NCBI RefSeq assembly: GCF_003918875.1
Contig: NW_025766984.1
Span: forward strand, 1,054,001 to 1,118,000
Origin: Haliotis rubra
Taxonomy: Eukaryota
Direction of reading: 5' to 3'
Length of the DNA: 64,000 bases
Shown here: positions 23,758-35,379 of the stretch, one piece after another
How positions within the stretch are numbered: the first letter of the stretch is position 1
Layout: each line of letters begins with the position of its first letter
Notes under the pieces: model-generated
What the model saw: only the letters and a program-made list of their open reading frames with translations
Databases searched by the model: none
Told to the model about the DNA's origin: nothing
Made by a program: the position numbers and the translations under genes

Positions 23758-26700
23758 TTATAGCCACCATGTCCACGCACCCCCGTGAAGTTGGGGGTCG
23801 GCGTTAGGATCAGGGTCCTTGTTGGCGGGAGGGACCATGGTTTTCCTGTACTCCTCAAGTCTGGCCAGTAACGACTGAACCTGGTCTTGGTTTGTGGAAG
23901 CTATATTGTGGAATTCGCACGGGTCGCTGGCAATGTGAAACAAACATGGCGACACTTCCGGTTGACAGTTAGTCTCGGCATCCACGGGCTTTTTGCCGCA
24001 ATTGACGTTCAATGGATGCGCGTTTGTATTGAACACTTTCACGAATTCACTTCCAGAGGGATGTCTGATCTCGGTGTCCTTTCCTTCAGGTGGCGGGTAC
24101 CAAGAATCGTCTTTACCTTCTGAGATGTCTCCCATAACAAGTTTATACTCCCCAACTCTAATAGATGAAAAGTTCTGTATGGGATCAATGTTATGTAATA
24201 TTTCGTTCCTAACAGCGGCGCCATTGTTCGACAACATTTCCCACAGATTGTAGCCATCTTGGTTCTTGAGCTTGCTGACGTCACCTCCGGCCGCGTGGTA
24301 GAGTGTGGGCAGCCAATCAGTGATATGCATCATGTTCTCCTGGACGTACCCGGATGTAGAGAGAAGAGGGCTGTAGACGAAGCCATTTCCCCGCACCCCG
24401 CCTTCCCACATCGTGTTCTTGCAGCCCCTGGGGAAATACACAGAAATAAATATAACAGTATTGGTATAGCTGAGACTACGATGATTTGATGTTTAATCAC
24501 TAAAATGATCAGTTGAATGATTAAACATCAGAATCCTAGTGGTCTAACCTCTTCAAAACATAAATGCAAAATGTTTATTTTAGAAAGTGGTCAAATGTAA
24601 CAAATGTTTTGTTTGGGATAACATTTTCTCAATTAAGTACAAAATCTGGTACTTTTCTGGTTGAGTCGCATCTGAGATTCTAACCCATGCTCTCAGAGGG
24701 AGGCTCCAAATTGTCAGCACACAACGTTAGCGATGTCACTCAGGCATCCATCGATGCTTCCACAACAATGGAAGTATGGCAAATGACAGTAAAGATCAGG
24801 TACTGTGTGTCCCTCTAATACTCCTCCGTGTTAATCTGAATATATATCCGTGTTCTACACGCGGATAATATGCTACTCAAAAGCAGTTAAAGAATGACCG
24901 ATAAGTTATTATAATACTTTTGTTTATCTGTCATGAGGGATGCCTGTCTTTTCATATACTCATGCCAATAATGGTTGTCACCCCCTCCCCACCCCAACCC
25001 CACACCCACACCCACACCCACACCACCTCTCCAATAAAAAATATTGAAGGGGGTGACAACCATTATTGGCATGAGTATATTACTGTAGTTAGTATGTCAT
25101 TTAATTTGGGGCGATGGGGTAGCCTGGTGGGTAAAGCGTCCGCTCGTCACGCCGAAGTCCCGGGTTCGAATCCCCACATGGGCACAATGCGTGAAGCCCA
25201 TTTCTGGTGTCCCCCGCCGTGATATTGCTGGAATATTGCTAAACGCGGCGTAAAACCATACTCACTCACTCACTCATTTCATTTGACCAGGACGCGCATG
25301 TGTGTGTGAATGTGTGTGTCTGTCTGTCTGTATGTCGTATGCTACTTTCCTTTCACTGATATTTCCACTCGCATGCTCACATGTTCACGACCAAATATGA
25401 TTTAGGAAATGCAGTTCATCTGAACAGCATATACCTCACAAAAAGTGTATGACACCTTTATCATTTAAGATGTGTCTCATCGAAAGAAAAAAATATCATG
25501 ACTAGTTTCAAATAAACTTAACCTGCTACACTGCAGTAAGAAAGCTGTAACACACCTAAGAGGCCAGTTGCATGCCGCATTGTGATCGTAGCCATTGGTT
25601 GGTCCCCGTTGTCGGTCGTGAAGACGATGATGGAGTTGTTCAGCATCCCCGTCTGCTGCAACGTTGTCGTCACGTTAGCAACAGCTTCATCCAGAGCCGA
25701 CACCACTCCTGAAGCAACCAGTTAGTACAGTGTAGATATTCTACAATCACCGGTATCACCGTCAACAACGGCCATGAAAGGAAACTTTTTCATTGAATTT
25801 TAAGAAGGCCCATTAGACTTGCACCGTCAGGTTAAAGAATGACGAGACTTGAATCCAGAAGAATAGGCTACCACTTACGCTTTCGCTGCTACATATATAT
25901 TCGTATTTTGTTTTTTCCGACACTTAAGAAACATTCGTTATCATTCGAATCACTAAACAACTAGAACACACCCCACTAACCCATTAATAATTACCTTATC
26001 CTAAACGCAAGCCATCATTAAAGAATTGACAATGTCTGTACGACGCAATTCTTCTCGTTATCGGCCGAGTAAGTATACTTCCGTACAAAAACCTTCGATC
26101 CAACTATAGGTGAAGTCTCTCTGGCGCGGTATTGACCTTTAACCCGTTAAAGCCTTTAACCCATTTATTGCTAAAATATAAGGACGCTACAGTGTTTATG
26201 TGATATTTTACCAGCAAATATTTTCCTCTGTGTATCCTTAATATCTGGGAATCTGTCAACATATTTCTGTGGTGCTTGAATGGGATCGCCACTGGGATTC
26301 CCAGAATGCACTGCTTGAAATGCCAGATACAGGAACAGCGGCTGCGCATATAACAGACATGAAAATTAGAACAGACTTGGTATACATGGTATGTGTGAAC
26401 ACCCGGTGTTTACTGTCACTGTTCAAATTCAAATTGTAAGTCGGATTGCACTGCACATACATGAAGTAAAATTAATTTTGAAAAATATCTATAACGTATT
26501 ATTTTCAGTGTTTTCTTGATGTTTTCCCCCTATATTTAGGCATTACCACCAATATGTAGAGTTATGCTTACTATATTCAAGGCTAACATAGTCGCCATTA
26601 AATCCGTCCCCACCTTTGACTTGTTATGAGCTTTTATGACGTCACTGGCCTCTGACGCAAATAGTGTTGTCGAATATTCCTCATCATCATTACGCACCAC

Positions 26701-29700
26701 GTCCAGGTTCCGGCGGAAGTCCAGCCCCCACATGTTCTGAAACACAACCCCAGCGACACATACAATTCAGACGTAACGATAATTTTGTCTACCACAGCTG
26801 ACATTTCATCGGTAATTTCAAACAAGTGAAACCTAAGAGCAATTGCAGCATGGCATAGAATGGAAGTATTACATACATTATATTATAAGTGGGCATTTCT
26901 TGCTATAGAAAATATTGTATACAAAAGCCCATGAGAGATTTAGCAAGTACCGCAGTCCACAGCTTTCGGCTTATGGCGGAGGTCTATAAATTCCGTATTT
27001 CCACTAATAAGTGCCCGGGCGCTTATTAATCCATCAAACTCTCGGACCCGACGCTTAATAGGAGCCGGCGCTTATTGGAGACCCGGCGCTTAAAGTTTCA
27101 ACGGAAATAAATATAGATTCTCCATTTGTATTTTATTTGAAAACTCCATTGTAAACATGTGGCACACCCGGCGCTAATTAGAGTTCCGGCGCTTATTGGA
27201 GATCCGGCGCTTATTTGAGATCCGGCGCTTATTGGACAGTTGCTTTGTTTTAAACATATTTTATTCATGAGAAAAGGATTGGGTACAAGTTATACAACTT
27301 AGAACACCCTCTCCGTAGGGTTGCTTTATCCCCAGTGCTTAATGGAGGCCGATGCATATAAGGGACGCCCGCGCTGATTAGAGGAAATACGATAATTAAG
27401 TACCTTGGTACTTCCAAAAGATGGGCCAGACGAACCAGTGATTGAAATCATGAGCACCGTTCAACACAGTATGTACTAATGGCACCAATCAGCCAATCAC
27501 AGAGACTGATTCTCAATAAGCACTATATTACACAGGAGCAGTAAGTAGATATATAAAACGCAGTACAAACCCTTGAACTGCTTGTGTGGTCGAAATAGTC
27601 TTCCTTCCCCGTGTAGTAGCCGAAGTGGGATTCGAACCCGCGCATAGTTGGAACGTGGTTCTTGGTGAAGAAGCCCAAGTGCCACTGCAACATGCATTGT
27701 AGAGTCCTGGTTAGACTGTATGTACACAGGGAATACATTGTTACAGTTTGGTGAAGTTCAAGTGGAGACTACGTTGTTGTTGAATGCTGCACACATTTAC
27801 TGCTTAATGACGGACGTCCTGTAAATGAATGTGTCCAGACCAATGACAGACGGAGATCTAGGTAACTATGGAATACTATAAGGGACAGTCTCGCGATCTC
27901 GCATTCTCGCACTTTTGGCATTTTTAGCTTGTTTCCAAAGGTCGACATCGCGAGAATGCGAGATCGCGAGACTGTCCCTTACAGTACTCCATAGGTAACA
28001 GATCGTCCAAGTCTGTGATCTGATCCTGCGGTCTACTCCCATTTGTGAGACCTCCCAATTGTGAGACTCCCAGTTGTGAGACAGTGGAGTAGGTAATTAA
28101 CAAAGAAAACACTCTACTCCCCTATCTGATAGCATGGATTAACCCTAGCTAATTAGGGATTACCTATGTAACTGAACCTTGTGAACAGAACAGAACAGAC
28201 ATATTTTTCTCACATATACTTTTATAATCACATTTTATAATCACATATAGTGACACAGACAACATACAGCATATTCATACATATTAAAACATTGAACAAA
28301 GTCCAGTTTTGATCAATTTGGCAACTTTAGAGTTAAGTGGTGAATACTCACATTTCATTAGATAAACATTATTTTCAATATCCGGATGTTTACAGAGATA
28401 CTGGGGAAGAAATTGATGTCTAAAGGCATTTAGTGCTGGACAGCATAATAAAAAGTGAAGTTCATCACAGACAGATGATGTACACTGTTGGCAGATTCTG
28501 TTACATCTTTCGGTGCCGTACCAACGTCATGTTTCAATGGGCAACCTGTGGTTTGAAGTTCTAAATTATGGTTAGGTATCTACCTAATTCACCGTAAATC
28601 ATAAAATTTGATTGCTTCACATTCTTCGAACTGGGTACAGAAGATTCATGCGCTCCCCTGGAGGTAACTTAATGAAACTTTAAAAGATAAATTAATTAAC
28701 CTACTCAAGTAAATGTCTTTAAAATATAAACACTTTGTGTAGGTAACGTGATAATTTGAAACAGAAATAAATTTACCTACTCAGATTTACGTGTTTAAAT
28801 AATGTAACAATAACTGCTTTAATCATAATTCATATAAATGTATTTATTAACCTTTGTCTGCTCTTTTCGATCAGCAAGTACCGATGTCGACCTGGCTGCT
28901 CCATATCTTTGATAATCTATTTCATTATTTCTGTATCTATCGATGTTCTTTATTGAAAATGCTCTTTAACGAACAATGTCTCCTGTGTAATTAACTCATT
29001 AATGAACCGTGCCTCCTCTTCAGCAACAGGGTTGTTCCCACTTTCATTGTAGGGATGTGGAAACACCACCTAGGTGCACTCAACCATTAATTAATGTGTT
29101 TCACAACTGGGAGTAGTTGTCTCTTTCGACAACAGCCCGAATAATTACAATTCTCTGTACATTCACTCTCGGTACCAGATCGTCCAAGTCTGTGATCTGA
29201 ACCTTTGTCGCCCCCTTACGACAATAACCAGAATCTTCACTGGGGATTCAATTCAATATACCTACAATAAAACATAAATATCATTATAAACCTCTATTGT
29301 GCAGACCCTCAAGCTTAAATTAAAATATCTAAATTTGACTGGCCTTGCCCTTATGTATGACAACACTATTTGTCCTGACCGACCAATGGGAGCGCTGCCA
29401 TTGTGTCAGTCAATATTCAGCTCACCTTACCAACGATGTGGGAAGCGTACCCCAGGTCATTGAGGTACTGCGGCATGATGGTCTCGTTCAGAGACAGGCC
29501 ATACGGAGTAGACCCGCCTATCACCCCATGTTGTAGACCTGCGGACACAAGACGTGTGAAGAATAACTCCGCTGTCTCAATATAACTGTATACAGGGGGT
29601 AAGGGGTGATACTAAACACAACAGATCGTAACTGGAGTTACGTCGATATTTGGTTGAAAGATGATTGATGCCACAGGGGATCGAATCACTGTATGGACAA

Positions 29701-31128
29701 TAATTTTTAAAAATAAAAATGTAGACTTTTGCTATCATACATTGTATGTTATGATTCACATATATTTTTAAAATGTGAACGAAATCGGTGAAGAAATGAA
29801 TATTTTAGAAAATTCTACCGTTACACTCATTACATAAAATACAGAAGGGGTGACGCTCCCGATGCTAAAATCATGATCGAAAACCGGACATTCCGACTAT
29901 TTTAACGTGATTTTAACGTATGATTGCAAAAGTAAAGATTTTATTTTTTTTTTTTTCCAAACAGTGATTCGAACCCCTGCGATTGATGCGACGTAAAATC
30001 TTTAAGGCGCTCAATCACGTGCTGTGGAACACGGCTCATGATCAGTGTGCCGAGTCAAGGCTCCAGTATAGCATATTTTGGGCAAGGAGCGTCCGTCTCA
30101 CCAGCTGTGTTCAAGGAGCGTCCATTTCATCCGCGTGCAAGGAGCGTCCATCTCATCCGTGTGCAAGGAGTGTCCATCTCATCTATGTGCAAGGAGAGTC
30201 CGTCCGTGTGCAAACAGTGTCCGTCTCATCCGTACACAAGGAGCGTCCATCTCATCCGTGTGCAAGGAGTGTCCGTCTCACCTGTGTGCAAGGAGCGTCA
30301 GTCTCAATCCGTGTGCAAGAAGTGTTCATCTCTTCGGTGTATATTTGGTGTTAGTCCCACCTGTCCATCTCTACTGTGTGTAAGGGAGGGTCGGCCCTAT
30401 GTGTGTGTATAACGTGTGTACAATCTGTGTATATGGGGTGTCCGCCTATCCTGTGTAAATGGGGTGTCCATCTCACCTGTGTGTATGGGGTGTTCGTCTC
30501 ACCTGTGTGTATGGGGTGTCTGCCGGTCATGATGGCGCTTCTAGTCGGGGTACATATCGGAGACACGTAGTAGTTGTTGAGGAGGATGCCATTATAGGCA
30601 AGCTTGTCCAAAAACGGCGTCCTGATCTTAGAACCATGGAAGCTGACGTCACCCCAGCCCTGGAAATATTGCAAGCTATACTGTGTTTATCAGCGCAGAG
30701 CAAGAAGGTATTTTAACACCTTGCCTACAAACAGCCACACATGACAGATCACCGATGTTAAATTATGCATGTCCTTTATCTACTGTCATAACATGACGCC
30801 AACGTTAGTCAAAGTATTATCAATCTTTAAATCATCATTGTTCGCAATAAGATTTTGCTGTTTATGACAGAAAATAAAGTTTATTTTGCTGTGATACTTG
30901 TCTTCACAATAGTTGTGTCACCGATCACCCAGCCGCACATAAAGTGAAAAATCGATCACTGTGTTAAATATAACATGAACGTTAGTCACGGAGTGTAGAC
31001 ATAAATGCCAATCTACTGATATTGATTATACTTACCAGGTCATCCGCTACAATGAAGATAATATTTGGGGGTTTCGCCTGTGACGTCACACACAGTAGCA
31101 GTAGCACAGTGATAAACACCTTTTTCAT
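23758..31128 (-). CDS. ARSB: Arylsulfatase B-like paralog G2, 8 exons; 1-nt deletion in exon 7 as assembled
   Basis: Exons 31128-31036, 30659-30503, 29538-29426, 27684-27571, 26736-26614, 26341-26212, 25708-25556 (153 nt versus 154 in the other paralogs), 24427-23758. CTPTR and GKWHLG intact. Frameshift at the C-run 25604-25607 (TDNG-G-P codons). Confidence 0.88.
24954..25080. mobile_element. Small MITE with 33-bp perfect inverted repeat (TA-flanked, Tc1-type)
   Basis: atatactcatgccaataatggttgtcaccccct (24954-24986) and its reverse complement (25048-25080) surround a (CCACAC)n core. Confidence 0.8.
25108..25276 (+). mobile_element. SINE family A
   Basis: Full length with (TCAC)n tail. Confidence 0.88.
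26993..27392. mobile_element. MITE with CCGTATTTCC termini and internal ccggcgcttatt repeats (Tc1/pogo-like)
   Basis: TIRs of about 22 bp; the empty site is visible in the homologous G1 intron near 9720. Confidence 0.75.
27866..27994. mobile_element. Fold-back MITE, about 44-bp TIRs, 4-bp TSD GTAA
   Basis: ctatgg..agggacagtctcgcgatctcgcattctcgc and its reverse complement; empty site in G1 near 10193. Confidence 0.8.
28030..29115. mobile_element. Non-autonomous DNA element (ctactccca termini) containing a 5'-truncated non-LTR retrotransposon 3' end
   Basis: Inverted ctactccca.ttgtga ends. Minus-strand [17 protein letters not shown]...DELHFLLCC at about 28330-28570 with a short repeat tail near 28185. 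Absent from G1. Confidence 0.6.
29672..29981. mobile_element. MITE with CACAGGGG termini and 8-bp TSD (P-like)
   Basis: TIR cacagggg.tcgaatcactgt; TSD attgatgc at 29664-29671 and 29982-29989. A truncated sister copy lies at 31717-31953. Confidence 0.8.
30081..30502 (-). repeat. Degenerate donor-derived about 26-nt tandem array in G2 intron 2
   Basis: First unit gtgagacgaacaccccatacacacag copies the exon end; distal units read acacggatgagatggacgctccttgc. Confidence 0.8.
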
Positions 31129-31478
31129 TTTCCGCTAGAGAGTCACAGGTGATTCGTTTGACTTCAATAAAATATAGTCAGTGTCGTCCCGGGCAATCTG
31201 CAACAAATAATATCGTACGGGTACTGTGAGAAAAGCGTAAAAATTTGACTGCAGTTTGATGAAGTCAACGATAGCGTAACAAATTACCTATTATTAGATC
31301 TTTTTTCACCTCGTCACATGATCAAGATACGTCTGCCAAGAAACACAGTATGATTGCCTGTCAACAAAGCGCACTTTGCTTCAGTGTTCGTCTGATAATT
31401 GTGGCGATAGCTTACTTTATGTCCAGGTCAACCTCCACTGCGAATGCAAGTCGACTACAACACACTTAGCCATGAAGG

Positions 31479-31642
31479 TAGCCTTGCTCCAAGGCTGTAC
31501 TGAATGCTGATCCAATGGATGTGAGGTAATTCTATCCTTTAAAGGGGCAAGTCTAGGTAAACCGACAATATAAGGACCCCAGTCTGTTAATTAATATTAT
31601 CATTTAAACTATTAATTTTAACTTAGAGACTTGTGCAATCTA
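31479..31642. mobile_element. MITE with TAG..CTA termini and 9-bp TSD
   Basis: TSD ccatgaagg at 31470-31478 and 31643-31651; single-copy empty site at 15567-15575; sister copy at 50494-50716. Confidence 0.85.
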
Positions 31643-32049
31643 CCATGAAGGCTGACGATAAGATATAAACAAGCATTCTGCGCGCCGAGAGCCATGCAGG
31701 CGTTGATGCTTTGAGCCACAGGTGTTCGAATCACTCAACAAAAATATAATCAAAAAAAAAATCTAGACTTTTACAATCATATATTGTTTTTACATATTAT
31801 GATTAACATATATTTCAAATTTGAACGAAATCGATAAAGAAATGAATATGATAGAGAAGTCTACCGCTACACTCATTACATAAAATACACATGGGGTGAC
31901 ACTCGCGATGCTAAAAACCTGATCGAAAACCTGACAGCCCGACTATTTTAACGCTCGGTTCAATCAAACCTTACGTGTTGAGCTTGTGCATGTCATTTTT
32001 TACCTTTCTCCTCATCGTATTCAATTTTGTGTAACTGCATTTCATATTT

Positions 32050-34545
32050 GACCATTGGCATCAATAGGAGTTGTAGACCTCTGTTTGCTCTTATCTAACT
32101 CATCTCTGGGAATTCGAGAAGAGATGGAATAGCTTCACAGGCTTTCCTCCAGATCATGGTTTGGTAATGGACACGCTGGATGTGGTGGCATAGGGCATCA
32201 AGTCTGGTTTGAATGATTTCTCAAACAACATCCTACGCACTGTGTTCACACCTTGAACATTATGAACACCGTATACCTTGCACTTGTCTTGGTTCAGGTT
32301 TTCAGCGCCCAAGTCCTCTAGGAGATGATGATGGTTGAGAAAGACCTTCCAGGCTGATGTCTCGGTATGACCACAGAGGCGATGCAGATGTAGCGATGCA
32401 ACAGAATGTGCTGTCAGTTTCTCGTAAACTTTACCAACTGGAATGTACTTTTTTTTGAGCAGTTCCTGTCAACATCCAGATGTTGTCAGCTTTGAGAGAT
32501 AGAATGTGCGCCAGGAGAAGCATAAATAAATCTGTATCTCTGGCAGCCGCTACAGCCGTGCTGGAAGTGATGTTGACGGCATGAAGGATGAGCCGTGTAT
32601 CGGCCTCCTCATGAGTTGGCCTTAGTTGATCCAGGTTTATAGTAGACTTAGAGGACTTGACTGCTTTCTCGTCGGCAAAGCCGATTAACTCTTTATCATG
32701 TGGAGCATTTGCCAGTAACTCTTCAGACAGGAAGCAAGCAAGGTCAGCTTTGTTGTCAGGAAGAGCTATGAAGTTGGTACAGGAGTGTGGAAGTGGCACA
32801 TCTCTGCCTTCCACGATACGCCGTACTGGCCCTGTTGGTTGGGACCTAAGCTGTCTGGTTTGAGATTTTATGGATTCATCTCTATATCTGTCAAACACAA
32901 CATCAATGCGATCATATGCTGCACCTGATCGAAAATGGGGCTGGTGAACGCATCTGCGAGATCGCTAAATGATGTTGCATTTGCTGGCTTCCCCATAGAG
33001 AGAACCCGCGCCTGTCCATCTATAAGTAGTGATGAGAAACTTCCACTTAAGTCAATCCTGTCAGGACACTCCACATCTGAGATTAAGATATCAGCCAACA
33101 TTCATTTATTCCCCGTCCTCGGACAACCGTTGGTTTCAGCAAGAGCTACCGGCACTGACCCAAGTTCATGCTTTAAGATGTTGTCAAGATCAACAACACG
33201 TCCAGCTGAATATGAGATGATGAGACCCTGAAAAACATTTCTGTTTGCCTTTATTACAGTTGCGTTATTCCTGGTGGTATGCTTCTGATTAACATGATCA
33301 TACATTCCCAAATGTTGAACAATTGTTCCTTGTCAATGGGTTGCATATGGTTTGTCTTCCAGGTGATTCTGTGCTACTGAGTAGTCAACAGCTTACAAAG
33401 TCATCTTGCTGTTACTGACCAAGCACTCTTGCATTAAGTAAGGATCCCTGTATCTTTCAGTTGCAAGGTCTTTTGTGGCAATAATTGCAAGACGTTTGGC
33501 TGGACATTAGGCGCGAATACTTGGAAACGCTGTAACATGTTTACAAGAGTGTTCTCATCTGCATTGTCTCGATGTTGCCGTGCTCATGAGGGTTTCACTT
33601 ACAATTTGTTACTGAAAATGCAGTTTATTATTCATTCCATTGTTTTTTATTTGCCATATTGAAAGAACAAACATTATTTCATTAAGAATTTACAAAATTA
33701 TCGATGTAAAGGAGGAATACTTACAATAATTGCACCAGCAGCTTGACATGTCTTAGAAAGGTGGCCATCAAAGTATAGGGATCGTTCATTATTTTGAAAT
33801 GTCAAATTACCACTTTTCGATGAAAACATTCAAAACAATCACAACTGTGCTCAGTAATGTTTCATAATGTGTTGGTAACCATCCGAACTATGCAACAACT
33901 AAAGCTTTTGTTAACAACTTTATTCCTAAAAATTTAGGATAAAATAGTTTTTTAACAAAATCCAATTTATTTATTATTTTCAATGAAAGGCAGTTCTATA
34001 CCTTGTGGTGACAACAATATTAACATTTCAATTGTACAGTGGTCATTTATATTTCATAATATACAGATGTAAGCATTCAGTATATTTTTTCACTAAAAAG
34101 GTGATTTTGCGGCCATTTTGTTTTTCAATTTTGAGGGACAAAAATATAATTTTTTTGGGAGGTATCCAATTTATCCATGATCATCACCATTTTAATGTCT
34201 GAAAAAGTCAGGTTTCAAAAATTTCGAAAATAGACATACAATCACAGGTGATGATATATCGTGTACACCTACCACTACTTGAGGCGACTATGGCGGCCAT
34301 TTTATTTTTTCAATTTTGAAGGTCCAAAAAGCATTTTTCAGCTTTGAATCGTATTTATTCATGATTAGCACTCTTTAAATGTCGTTAAAAGTGAAGTTTC
34401 CAAAATTTAAAAAATAGAGATGCAGTCATAGGCGAAGATACTGTGCACACCTACCACTATTTTAGGCGATTTGGGCGGCCATTTTGTTTTTCAATTTTAG
34501 GGTCAAAAACACTTTTTTCAGCTTTCGTGATCAGCACCCTTTAAA
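32050..34545 (-). mobile_element. Degraded DNA transposon encoding an XPG/FEN1-like nuclease domain (AcademX-like), with subterminal repeats
   Basis: Frameshifted fragments LLIDGQA, FDRYRDESIK, HEEADTRLILHA and ARDTDLFMLL. Three copies of cggccatttt.ttttt.caattttg at about 34110, 34293 and 34476. Confidence 0.6.
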
Positions 34546-35379
34546 TACATTAGGTAAAATAGCCTGGGTACCAAATCCTACTAAAAATGCCTCAACATGT
34601 TTTATTTGAGTCTTTTCCCAGAATCAGGCCTAGTCTATGTATGCTGGACTGGGAGGATATGCTATTGAACCCAGTAATTTCGAGTAACTGAAGTGAGTGA
34701 GCGTTTAGCAACACTCCAGAAATGTTGGGGCGGGGGACACCAGAAATAGGCTTCACACATTGTACAGATGTAGGGCTTCGAGCTCGGGTCTTCTGCGTAA
34801 CAAATAAAGGATTTAATCCACTATACTGCTCTACCACCCAAGTGGCTGAAGAAGACACACATCTACACCTGTATTAGTTCGTGGAGACCCACGTATCGGT
34901 GGTCTCGTAAGGTCAGGCTGCCCATAAAATCTTCCATGTAAAATTAGGCTCCAGAATTAGGGGCTTTTCTTTTGCAATATCACTGGATGAAAATATCCAG
35001 TAAAAAAATAAACTAACTAATGTTAATAAAGAAACAAAAAATATCAATATCAGACATTTTAATTTCGTCAATAAAACAACCCGTCATTAACACATTGTAA
35101 AAGCATGCTCATACTGCCCTAGGATATTTCATACATTTCTTTCTTGTCAGTGTATGCCAAAAGTCATGAAAATCTGATATTACCCAAGTATTTTTAATTT
35201 TGTCTGTTACGAACAAAATATCATCATTTCAATAAGATATATCAAACTTAAAAATCATCATAAAAATCGACCCTTCATAGGTTCAATAAAAAAATTTTTT
35301 AACATCAACTTGTCTTTTCATACTGATATTTTACAGGATTGTAAAACGATTGAATCTAAAACTTGTGTCCATTAGTGTA

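Noticed and set aside
23758-31128. G2 as a mere allelic haplotig of G1
   Set aside because: Different transposon insertions in several introns, a different intron-2 array and a G3-type 3' flank argue for a true paralog, though long reads should confirm.
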